From Longimicrobiales bacterium (lineage in GTDB: Bacteria; Gemmatimonadota; Gemmatimonadetes; Longimicrobiales; RSA9), in the NCBI GenBank assembly GCA_035513575.1, contig DATKBW010000157.1:14831-78830 (forward strand): a stretch of DNA of 64,000 bases, given 5' to 3'. The notes beneath the pieces are model-generated. The model was given only the letters and a program-made list of their open reading frames with translations. It made no database searches and was not told where the DNA came from. This document shows positions 36,839 to 44,478 of this stretch, one piece after another. Within the stretch, counting starts at the first letter, position 1. Every line of letters begins with the position of its first letter. Both the position numbers and the translations under genes were made by a program.

Positions 36839-36867
36839 TTGTCGCGGCCCGGAGGATGCAATAGCTT
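36839..36867 (+). promoter_or_regulatory. promoter-like bipartite motif TTGTCG-N12-TGCAATAGCTT
   Basis: TTGTCG at 36839-36844, 17 nt to TAGCTT at 36862-36867, about 34 nt upstream of the larE-like GTG. Shares the 11-mer and box spacing with 30702-30730. Confidence 0.45.
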
Positions 36868-36900
36868 CGCGGCCTGGCGCGGGAGCAAGGACAGAGCGAG

Positions 36901-37743
36901 GTGGACAGGGTGGGCGCAGACGCGGCACTGCGGGCGAAGCGGGCGGAGCTGGACGCGGTCCTGGAGTCGTGCGAGTCGGTTTGCGTGGGCTACTCGGGAG
37001 GCGTCGACTCGGTGTTCCTGGCGAAGACCGCCGTGGACGTGCTGGGACGGAACCGGGTGCTGGCGGTGACGGGGCGGTCGGCGTCTTACCCGGGGATCCA
37101 GCACAGCATGGCGCTGGAGTGCGTGCAGCGATTCGGGATCCCCCACATGGAAGTGGAGACCGACGAGCTGTCCGATCCGAACTACGCCGCCAATCCGACC
37201 GATCGCTGCTATTACTGCAAGACGGAGCTGTGGGCACGGCTCGGCCACGTGGCCCGGAGCCGCGGCCTCCGGACCGTGGTCGATGGGTCCAATGCCGACG
37301 ATGCCGCGGACCACCGCCCTGGCGCCGCGGCGGCCCGGGAGCACCGGGTCAGATCGCCGCTCCAGGAAGCCGGGCTGCGGAAGGACGATATCCGGATCCT
37401 GTCGCGGGACCTCGGGCTCCCCACCTGGAACCAGCCGGCGTCGCCATGCCTGGCCAGCCGGCTCCGCTATGGCCTCGCGGTAACGCCGGCGCGGCTCCGG
37501 CAGGTGGAAGAGGCGGAGACGGCGGTGCGGGGGGTCGGTCTCCGGGAGTTCCGCGTACGGCACCACGGTGACGTCGCCCGTATCGAGGTGGCGCCGGGGG
37601 AGATCGCGGGGGCGCTCGACCGTATGGCGGGTGTCGTCCCCACCCTGCTCTCGCTGGGCTTCGAGGGGGTCGTGCTGGACGTCGAGGGGTACCGGAGGGG
37701 CGCCCTGAACGAGGGTCTCGTGACCCTCGATGCCGGCCGATGA
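36901..37743 (+). CDS. LarE-like PP-loop ATP pyrophosphatase (TIGR00268-type sulfur transferase family)
   Basis: PP-loop VGYSGGVDSVFL, DRCYYCK, QPASPCLASRL, FRVRHHGDVARIEV. GTG start at 36901. Confidence 0.8.
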   Translation: MDRVGADAALRAKRAELDAVLESCESVCVGYSGGVDSVFLAKTAVDVLGRNRVLAVTGRSASYPGIQHSMALECVQRFGIPHMEVETDELSDPNYAANPTDRCYYCKTELWARLGHVARSRGLRTVVDGSNADDAADHRPGAAAAREHRVRSPLQEAGLRKDDIRILSRDLGLPTWNQPASPCLASRLRYGLAVTPARLRQVEEAETAVRGVGLREFRVRHHGDVARIEVAPGEIAGALDRMAGVVPTLLSLGFEGVVLDVEGYRRGALNEGLVTLDAGR

Positions 37744-37964
37744 GCGGCCCGGGAGACCGGGAGGCACGCGCCCGCGCCATCCTGGCGGAAGAGGGCGTGG
37801 CGGCGCGCGTCCGGGCGGTCGGAGCGGATGGCGAGATCGCGGCGGTAGCGGCACCGGCCGCGTCGCTCGAGGCGGTGCGCCGGCTGGCGCCGCGGCTCCG
37901 GACGCTGGGATACCGCTACGTCGCCCTCGATCTGGTCGACGGGGGGCACCAAACAGGGGAGTGA
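37740..37964 (+). CDS. hypothetical small protein resembling the C-terminal domain of the preceding LarE-like protein
   Basis: The ATG overlaps the larE-like stop (ATGA). ARVRAVGADGEIAAVAAP...RLRTLGYRYVALDLVDG parallels FRVRHHGDVARIEVAPG...TLLSLGFEGVVLDVEGY of the upstream gene. Confidence 0.45.
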   Translation: MSGPGDREARARAILAEEGVAARVRAVGADGEIAAVAAPAASLEAVRRLAPRLRTLGYRYVALDLVDGGHQTGE

Positions 37965-37965
37965 A

Positions 37966-38559
37966 ATGAGACTGTTCATCGCCATCAACTTCACGGCCAA
38001 GGACCGGCAGCGGATGCATCGTGCCGCGCGCAAGCTGCGGGAGCGGGAACTGCCGATCCGCTGGGAGGCGGTGGAGCAGCTGCACCTCACGCTCAAGTTC
38101 CTGGGAGAGGTTCGGCCGGAGTCTGTTGGGCGGGTGAAGGAGGCCGTAGCGCGGGTCGCGGAGAAGACGTCGCCATTCACGCTGACGATGGAGGGGGCCG
38201 GGGCCTTCCCGACGCTGCGCCGGCCGCGCGTCATCTGGCTGGGTGCGGAGGCATCCCCAGAGCTGCGGTGTCTCAAGCACGACCTGGAGTGGGAGCTCGC
38301 GCCGCTGGGGTTCGAGCGGGAAGTCCGCGCCTTTCACGCCCACGTCACGCTGGGTCGGGCGCTCAAGGAAGCGCGCGCGGGGGATTTCCGTGATTTCGAA
38401 GAGGCGGTCTCCGGACTGTCGTACCGTGCCGAGATTCCGGTTCGGACGGTGGACATCATGGAGAGCCACCTGGCGAGGCGGGGGGCCCGCTATACCCGTG
38501 TGCTCGCGGCGAAGCTGGGGCAGCACGCGAGGGCCATTCTGGCCCGGGCCGCGAGCTGA
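37966..38559 (+). CDS. thpR: RNA 2',3'-cyclic phosphodiesterase (2H phosphoesterase, ThpR/LigT)
   Basis: MRLFIAI start and two HxTx motifs: HLTLKFLG and HVTLGRA. Confidence 0.88.
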   Translation: MRLFIAINFTAKDRQRMHRAARKLRERELPIRWEAVEQLHLTLKFLGEVRPESVGRVKEAVARVAEKTSPFTLTMEGAGAFPTLRRPRVIWLGAEASPELRCLKHDLEWELAPLGFEREVRAFHAHVTLGRALKEARAGDFRDFEEAVSGLSYRAEIPVRTVDIMESHLARRGARYTRVLAAKLGQHARAILARAAS

Positions 38560-38561
38560 GC

Positions 38562-39212
38562 ATGGCGCGGCGGGCGGCCGGCTGCCTGGGGCGCCTGCTG
38601 GTCCTCGCGCTCGCGCTCGTCGTGGTGGCGGTGGCCTGGTACAACCGGGACGACCTGTCCGATGCGTGGGACCGGCTCCGCGGCGACACCACGGCGGTCT
38701 CGCCCGCGATCGCGGCGCGAGCGGACGAGAAGCTGGCCACCCTCGGGACTGCGGACGGGCCCACCAGCGTCGGGCTGACCGAGTCGGAGGTGCAGAGCCT
38801 CATAGAGTACCGCTGGTCCGGGTTCCTCCCACAGGACGTGGTCGGGCCCAAGGTCGAGCTGTCGGATGGCCGCGTGTCCCTGGAAGCGAGCGTGGCCACA
38901 GCCCGCTTCGCGCGTATCGATGAGCTCCGCGACATCATGGTCTTCCTTCCGGACACGGCAGGGCTCCGGGCGGTGGGTCGGTTCGTGCCGCTGGACAAGG
39001 ATCACGTGGCCCTGGAGGTGCACGAGCTCGGCGCCGGCAGCATCCCCGTGCCGTCGCAGCTCATCCCCAGCGTCCTGAGCCGGTTCCGCGGGTCCTCCGC
39101 GCCGGGTCTCGCCCCGAACGCCGTGGCGGTCCCCCTCCCGCCGGGGCTCAGCAATGTGTTCGTGAGCGGCGACTCCCTGGTGTTCGTGTCGGCCCGGACC
39201 GCCGGGGGTTAG
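38562..39212 (+). CDS. hypothetical membrane-anchored protein
   Basis: N-terminal helix LGRLLVLALALVVVAVAWY followed by a soluble domain of about 180 aa. No motif recognised. Lies 2 nt after thpR and 3 nt before the regulator. Confidence 0.55.
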   Translation: MARRAAGCLGRLLVLALALVVVAVAWYNRDDLSDAWDRLRGDTTAVSPAIAARADEKLATLGTADGPTSVGLTESEVQSLIEYRWSGFLPQDVVGPKVELSDGRVSLEASVATARFARIDELRDIMVFLPDTAGLRAVGRFVPLDKDHVALEVHELGAGSIPVPSQLIPSVLSRFRGSSAPGLAPNAVAVPLPPGLSNVFVSGDSLVFVSARTAGG

Positions 39213-39215
39213 GGG

Positions 39216-40583
39216 ATGGCCGCGATCCTGGTCGTCGACGACGAGGAGGGGATTCGCCACGTACTCCGCCAGGTTCTGGAGTACGAGGGGCACACGGTGC
39301 GGACGGCGGAGGGCGGGGGCGAGGCCCTCACCCTGTACGACGAGATGAGGCCGGACCTCACCTTTCTGGACGTGAAGATGGCCCGGATGGACGGCCTCGA
39401 GGTCCTGGGGCGGCTCCGGGCAAAGGATCCGGAGGCGGTGGTCGTGATGATCAGCGGCCACGGCTCCATCGAGACCGCCGTCGAAGCGACCCGCCGCGGC
39501 GCGTACGACTTCCTGGAAAAGCCCCTCGACACGGACCGGATCATGGTGACGATCCGGAACGCGCTCCAGCAGCGCGGCCTCGCGTCGGAGGTGGCGCGGC
39601 TGCGGGACGAGGTCGAGAGCCGCTACGAGATGGTCGGGCGGAGCTTCGCGATCCGGACGGTGCTGGAGCGGATCGAGAAGGTCGGGCCGACCGACGCACG
39701 GGTACTGATCACCGGCGAGAACGGGAGCGGGAAGGAGCTGGTCGCCCGGGCGCTCCACCGTGTCTCGCCGCGGGCGGAAGAGCCGTTCGTCGAGGTGAAC
39801 TGCGCGGCGATCCCGGCCGAGCTGATCGAGAGCGAGCTGTTCGGCCACATGAAGGGCGCCTTCACCGGCGCCCACACGGACCGGACGGGGAAGTTCGAGC
39901 AGGCGGACGAGGGCACCCTGTTCCTCGACGAGATCGGGGACATGAGCCTTTCGGCGCAGGCGAAGGTCCTCCGGGCCTTGCAGGAAGGTCTGATCACGCG
40001 CGTGGGCGGGGAGCGGGCGATCCGGGTCGACGTGCGGGTGATCGCCGCCACCAACAAGGACCTGGAGAGGGAGATCGCTGCCGGCCGGTTCCGGGAGGAC
40101 CTCTTTTTCCGGCTCAACGTCGTTCCGATCAACGTCCCCGCGCTGCGGGAGCGGCGGGAGGACATCCCGATGCTGGTCCGTCACTTCACGGAGCTGGCGA
40201 TCGAGGAGCAGCGGCTGCCGCCGCGGCGCCTCTCGGCGGATGCGGTGGACCGCCTCGCGCGCATGGAGTGGCCGGGGAACGTCCGGGAGCTGAAGAACAC
40301 GGTCGAGCGGCTGCTCATCCTGTCGCACGGCACGGAGGTGGGGGCGCGGGAAGTGGACCGGCTCCTGGGCGCGCCGCAGGAGGGGGCGCTCCCGTCCGAC
40401 CTGATGGGGGCGGCCACCTTCGCGGACTTCAAGGACCAGGCTGAGCGCTCGTTCATCCTGGGGAAGCTGCGGCAGAACGAATGGAACGTGAGCGAGACGG
40501 CGCGCTCCATCGACATGCCGCGGTCGAACCTCTACAAGAAGATCGAGAAATACGGGCTCGTGAGGGAGGACACGGGCGACTGA
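39216..40583 (+). CDS. sigma-54-dependent response regulator (NtrC/NtrX-type enhancer-binding protein)
   Basis: REC domain (VVDDEE, phospho-acceptor context TFLDVKM, FLEKP). AAA+ module with Walker A GENGSGKE, ESELFGH, the sigma-54 contact loop GAFTGA and FRLN. C-terminal HTH NVSETARSIDMPRSNLYKKIEKYGL. Confidence 0.92.
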   Translation: MAAILVVDDEEGIRHVLRQVLEYEGHTVRTAEGGGEALTLYDEMRPDLTFLDVKMARMDGLEVLGRLRAKDPEAVVVMISGHGSIETAVEATRRGAYDFLEKPLDTDRIMVTIRNALQQRGLASEVARLRDEVESRYEMVGRSFAIRTVLERIEKVGPTDARVLITGENGSGKELVARALHRVSPRAEEPFVEVNCAAIPAELIESELFGHMKGAFTGAHTDRTGKFEQADEGTLFLDEIGDMSLSAQAKVLRALQEGLITRVGGERAIRVDVRVIAATNKDLEREIAAGRFREDLFFRLNVVPINVPALRERREDIPMLVRHFTELAIEEQRLPPRRLSADAVDRLARMEWPGNVRELKNTVERLLILSHGTEVGAREVDRLLGAPQEGALPSDLMGAATFADFKDQAERSFILGKLRQNEWNVSETARSIDMPRSNLYKKIEKYGLVREDTGD

Positions 40584-40588
40584 GCCCT

Positions 40589-40768
40589 GTGACCGGGGCC
40601 GTCATTCTCGGGGCGATCTGGCTCGCGTGCTCCCTCGGGGGCGGGGCCCTGCTCGCGCTCCTCGCCCGGCGGCTGCACCCGTCCCTTTCCTTGCGGAAGC
40701 TCTGGATCTTCTACAGCACCCTGCTCGCGCTGACGGTCGCGGCGGTCCTGGCGATCGCGTGGTTCTGA
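40589..40768 (+). CDS. hypothetical small two-helix membrane protein
   Basis: GTG 5 nt after the regulator stop. VTGAVILGAIWLACSLGGGALLALLA...IFYSTLLALTVAAVLAIAWF. Confidence 0.35.
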   Translation: MTGAVILGAIWLACSLGGGALLALLARRLHPSLSLRKLWIFYSTLLALTVAAVLAIAWF

Positions 40769-40880
40769 GTGCGGTGGAACGAGCGGCGGAGAGCCGGTTG
40801 CATCCGGACCGGAGGTCTCGCAGGTTGCCCCCCACGACGAGCGAAACCAACCGCTCCGCCGCGAGCGGAGGAGGCGCGAT

Positions 40881-42386
40881 ATGCCGGACGTGTTCCAGAA
40901 CTTCATCGCCGGCCAGTGGGTGGACCCGGCCGCCGGCGCCCACTTCGAAAACCGCAACCCCGCCCGGACCGAGGATCTGATCGGGCGGTTCCCGCGCGCC
41001 ACGGGCGAGGACGTGGACCGGGCCGTGGACTCGGCGGGGCGCGGCTTCGAGCAGTGGCGCCGGACCCCGGCGCCGGCCCGGGGCGACGTGCTGCGGCGCG
41101 TGGGCGACCTGATGACGACGCGCAAGGAAGAGATCGCCCGGATCATGACCCGGGAGATGGGCAAGGTCCTCCCCGAGACACGCGGCGATGTTCAGGAAGG
41201 GATCGACACGGCGTACTACGCGGCGACGGAAGGGCGACGGCTGTTCGGGCATACGGTTCCGAGCGAGCTGCGGGACAAGTGGGCGATGACGTACCGCCGA
41301 CCCATCGGCGTGGTGGGCGTGATCACACCCTTCAACTTCCCGATGGCGATCCCCACCTGGAAGATCTTCCCCGCCCTCGTGTCCGGGAACGCGGTGGTGT
41401 TCAAGCCGGCGGAGGACGTACCCCATACAGCGCACATGCTGGTGGAGATCCTCCTGGAGGCGGGGCTGCCGCCGGAGGTGATCCAGCTGGTGCACGGGCA
41501 GGGCTCGGTGGCAGGCGCGGCCATGGTCGACCACTCGCGCGTGCCGGTGATCTCGTTCACCGGGTCCACGTCCACGGGCTCGCACATCGGCCAGGTGTGC
41601 GGACGGATGCACAAACGGCTGTCGCTGGAGATGGGCGGGAAGAACGCCCAGATCGTGATGCCGGATGCGAACCTGGACCTCGCCCTCGATGGCGTGCTCT
41701 GGGGCGCGTTCGGGACCACGGGCCAGCGGTGCACCGCCACCAGCCGGCTCCTGCTCCACGAGGAGATCCACGATGGCTTCGTCGACCGCCTGGTCGCGCG
41801 GGTCAGGGAACTCCGGCTCGGTGATGGCCTGGACGAGGAGAACGTGGACGTGGGGCCGCTCATCAACCAGGACGCGCTGGACAAGGTGGCGGAGTACGTG
41901 GAGATCGCCCGCGAGGAAGGGGACACCCTGGTGACCGGCGGGGAGCGGGCGACGGGTGGTGCGCTGGACGGCGGCTTTTTCTTCCAGCCGACGATCCTGA
42001 CCGACGTCGCGCCGGGCCGCCGGCTGGCGTGCGAGGAGGTGTTCGGTCCCGTGCTCGCCGTGATGCGGTTCCGGGACCTCGAGGAAGCGTTCCGGATCAA
42101 CAATGAAGTGGACTACGGACTCTCCAGCTCGCTCTACACGAGCGATGTGCGTGCCGCGTTCCGGGCCATGACCGAGCTGGACAACGGCATCACCTACATC
42201 AATGCGCCGACGATCGGCGCGGAGGCGCACCTGCCGTTCGGCGGCGTGAAGCAGACCGGCAACGGTCACCGGGAGGGGGGATGGGAGGTGTTCGAGTTCT
42301 ACACGGAGACCAAGGTGGTCTACGTGGACTACTCCGGACGGCTCCAGCGCGCCCAGATCGACAACTACAGCGCCGACCCGCACTGA
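40881..42386 (+). CDS. NAD(P)-dependent aldehyde dehydrogenase
   Basis: VVGVITPFNFP, FKPAEDVP, LEMGGKNAQIV, catalytic Cys context GQRCTATSRLL, EEVFGPV. Confidence 0.92.
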   Translation: MPDVFQNFIAGQWVDPAAGAHFENRNPARTEDLIGRFPRATGEDVDRAVDSAGRGFEQWRRTPAPARGDVLRRVGDLMTTRKEEIARIMTREMGKVLPETRGDVQEGIDTAYYAATEGRRLFGHTVPSELRDKWAMTYRRPIGVVGVITPFNFPMAIPTWKIFPALVSGNAVVFKPAEDVPHTAHMLVEILLEAGLPPEVIQLVHGQGSVAGAAMVDHSRVPVISFTGSTSTGSHIGQVCGRMHKRLSLEMGGKNAQIVMPDANLDLALDGVLWGAFGTTGQRCTATSRLLLHEEIHDGFVDRLVARVRELRLGDGLDEENVDVGPLINQDALDKVAEYVEIAREEGDTLVTGGERATGGALDGGFFFQPTILTDVAPGRRLACEEVFGPVLAVMRFRDLEEAFRINNEVDYGLSSSLYTSDVRAAFRAMTELDNGITYINAPTIGAEAHLPFGGVKQTGNGHREGGWEVFEFYTETKVVYVDYSGRLQRAQIDNYSADPH

Positions 42387-42402
42387 GCCGGGACGCCCCG
42401 GG

Positions 42403-42431
42403 TTGCCGGGTCGGGGTTGCGGCGCTATCAT
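42403..42431 (+). promoter_or_regulatory. sigma-70-like promoter candidate for lepB (TTGCCG-17 nt-TATCAT)
   Basis: TTGCCG at 42403-42408, 17-nt spacer, TATCAT at 42426-42431. If functional, it places the lepB start downstream of the track's TTG at 42417. Confidence 0.4.
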
Positions 42432-42494
42432 CTGATTCCCGCCGGACCCGGACCGGGATCAGACACCGCCAGAAACTCACAGCCGCTCTGCATC

Positions 42495-43262
42495 GTGGAC
42501 CAAGTCCAGCAGCTTCCAGAGCCCGGAAACCAGGGCGCGCCGGGCACGGCCGCGCCCGGGCCCGGGCGACGCAGACTGGCGTCGGCCGGACGGTGGACGT
42601 GGGAGTGGATCAAGTCGCTCGTCGTCGCGTTCGCGCTCTTCCTCCTCATCCGGACATTCGCCATCGAGGCGTTCCGGATCCCCACGGGGAGCATGGAGAG
42701 CACCCTCCTGGTAGGCGATTTCCTGCTCGTGAACAAGGCGGTCTACGGGGCGCAGGTGCCCGGCACCGGGATGCGGCTCCCGGCCATGGGCGAGCCCGGG
42801 CGCGGCGACATCGTCGTCTTCACGCCGCCCCACGAGCCCGAAAAGAACTACGTCAAGCGCCTGGTGGGGCTGCCCGGGGACACGCTGCGGATGCGGGACA
42901 AGGTCCTGTTCGTGAACGGCGACATGGTGCCCGAGCCGTACGCACAGCACATGGATCCCCTGGACGTCCACGCCCCCGGAATGCGGTGGCAATCCGACTA
43001 CCTCCCCGACCCGGCGTTGCGCATGAGCTACCGCCCGACCCGGGACAGCTGGGGTCCCCTCGTCGTCCCCCCGGGGAAATACTTCGTGCTGGGTGACAAC
43101 CGGGACGACTCCGAAGATTCCCGTTACTGGGGCTTCGTCGAAGAGGCGGCCATCAAGGGGCGGCCGCTCTTGGTGTACTACTCCTTCAACCCGCGCACGC
43201 TGAAGGCCGTCCCGTGGCTCACCGACATCCGGTGGGACCGCATCGGCGGCGCGATTCACTGA
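42495..43262 (+). CDS. lepB: signal peptidase I
   Basis: TM helix IKSLVVAFALFLLIRTF, catalytic Ser box IPTGSMESTL, Lys box YVKRLVGLPGD, GDNRDDSEDSRYWG. Start uncertain: GTG 42495 used, TTG 42417 is the longest option. Confidence 0.88.
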   Translation: MDQVQQLPEPGNQGAPGTAAPGPGRRRLASAGRWTWEWIKSLVVAFALFLLIRTFAIEAFRIPTGSMESTLLVGDFLLVNKAVYGAQVPGTGMRLPAMGEPGRGDIVVFTPPHEPEKNYVKRLVGLPGDTLRMRDKVLFVNGDMVPEPYAQHMDPLDVHAPGMRWQSDYLPDPALRMSYRPTRDSWGPLVVPPGKYFVLGDNRDDSEDSRYWGFVEEAAIKGRPLLVYYSFNPRTLKAVPWLTDIRWDRIGGAIH

Positions 43263-43375
43263 TCGCGGCGCGAGCCGCCATCCCGCCGGAGCCGAGAGCG
43301 CCGATCGCGCCTTGCTCATAGATGCCGGGTTCGCCCGGCCCGATCCAGCAAGACCCACCAGTGTGGGAGCGCCGC

Positions 43376-44233
43376 ATGAGCTTCACCGGCACGCGCAAGG
43401 GGAAGTACGAGGAAAGCTCGCTGGACCAGTACCTCAAGGAGATCAGCGCCTACAAGCTGCTGACCCGCGAAGAGGAGGTGACACTGGCCCAGCGGATTCG
43501 GAAAGGCGACCAGGAGGCGCTGGACAAGCTCGTCCGGTCCAACCTCCGGTTCGTCGTTAGCGTCGCCAAGAAGTACCAGAACCAGGGCGTCGCCCTGTCC
43601 GACCTCATCAACGAGGGCAACCTCGGGCTGATCCGGGCCGCCCACAAGTTCGATGAGACCAAGGGGATCAAGTTCATCTCCTACGCCGTCTGGTGGATCC
43701 GCCAGGCCATCCTCCAGGCGCTCGCCGAGCAGAGCCGCATCGTCCGCGTGCCGCTCAACCGCGCGGGTGCGCTCCACCGCATCGGGAAACGCTCCTCCAT
43801 GCTCCTCCAGGAGCTGGGTCGCGAGCCCACCGTCGAGGAGCTCGCCGACGAGCTCGACCTCTCCGAGGATGAGGTCCGCCGCACACTCTCCCTCTCCCAG
43901 ACCCACCTCTCCCTCGACGCTCCCCTCACTCCCGGCGAAGACAACCGCCTCCTCGATTACCTCCCCGACCAGTTCTCCCCCGGGCCCGACGACGAGACCT
44001 ACGACCGGGCGCTGCTGGACACCGTCGAGGAGGCGCTCGAGACCCTCAAGGAGCGCGAAGCCAAGATCCTGCGCCTCTACTTCGGCCTGGACAGCCAGGA
44101 ACCCATGACCCTCGAAGAGATCGGCTCCCTCCTCGGCATCACCCGTGAGCGCGTCCGCCAGATCAAGGAGAAGGCGCTCCTCCGCCTGCGCCACGCCAGC
44201 CGCGCCCGCTTCCTCGAGACGTTCATGGGGTAG
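43376..44233 (+). CDS. RpoD-family sigma-70 factor, compact form (regions 1.2-4, no region 1.1)
   Basis: 285 aa. LDQYLKEISAYKLLTREEE (1.2), NLRFVVSVAKKYQNQGVALSDLINEGNLGLIRAAHKFD (2.1-2.3), FISYAVWWIRQAI (2.4), TLEEIGSLLGITRERVRQIKEKAL (4.2). Confidence 0.9.
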   Translation: MSFTGTRKGKYEESSLDQYLKEISAYKLLTREEEVTLAQRIRKGDQEALDKLVRSNLRFVVSVAKKYQNQGVALSDLINEGNLGLIRAAHKFDETKGIKFISYAVWWIRQAILQALAEQSRIVRVPLNRAGALHRIGKRSSMLLQELGREPTVEELADELDLSEDEVRRTLSLSQTHLSLDAPLTPGEDNRLLDYLPDQFSPGPDDETYDRALLDTVEEALETLKEREAKILRLYFGLDSQEPMTLEEIGSLLGITRERVRQIKEKALLRLRHASRARFLETFMG

Positions 44234-44278
44234 GGAGGCCGCGCCGGGGCGCGGCAAGAGGGGCTCGCTGGCGGGCTC

Positions 44279-44376
44279 GCGAGGCGGAGCCGAGCCTTCT
44301 TGCGAGGCCGCAGGCCGAGGCCTTCTTGCGAGGCGGAGCCGAGCCTTCTTGCGAGGCCGCAGGCCGAAGCCCTCTT
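44279..44376. repeat. intergenic tandem repeat: 49-bp unit x2, each made of two related 23/26-bp half-units
   Basis: The half-units are GCGAGGCGGAGCCGAGCCTTCTT (44279-44301 and 44328-44350) and GCGAGGCCGCAGGCCGAGGCCTTCTT (44302-44327). The copy at 44351-44376 differs from the latter at 2 positions. Every half-unit starts GCGAGGC and ends CTTCTT or CTCTT. Confidence 0.9.
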
Positions 44377-44405
44377 GCGGCGCCCCGCAGGGGCGTCGCC
44401 CCGGC

Positions 44406-44434
44406 TTGACACCGTCGAGCCGGCGGCCTATCCT
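44406..44434 (+). promoter_or_regulatory. sigma-70-like promoter candidate for rplM-rpsI (TTGACA-17 nt-TATCCT)
   Basis: Consensus -35 TTGACA at 44406-44411, 17-nt spacer, TATCCT at 44429-44434, about 45 nt upstream of the rplM ATG. Confidence 0.55.
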
Positions 44435-44478
44435 TCAAAGCTGTTCCGCTTGGGCTGTTCATAACCGGAAAACGACGC

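Noticed and set aside
44279-44376. The tandem repeat considered as a CRISPR array.
   Set aside because: The units are directly adjacent with no unique spacers. There are only four short related elements, and no cas genes are in the window.
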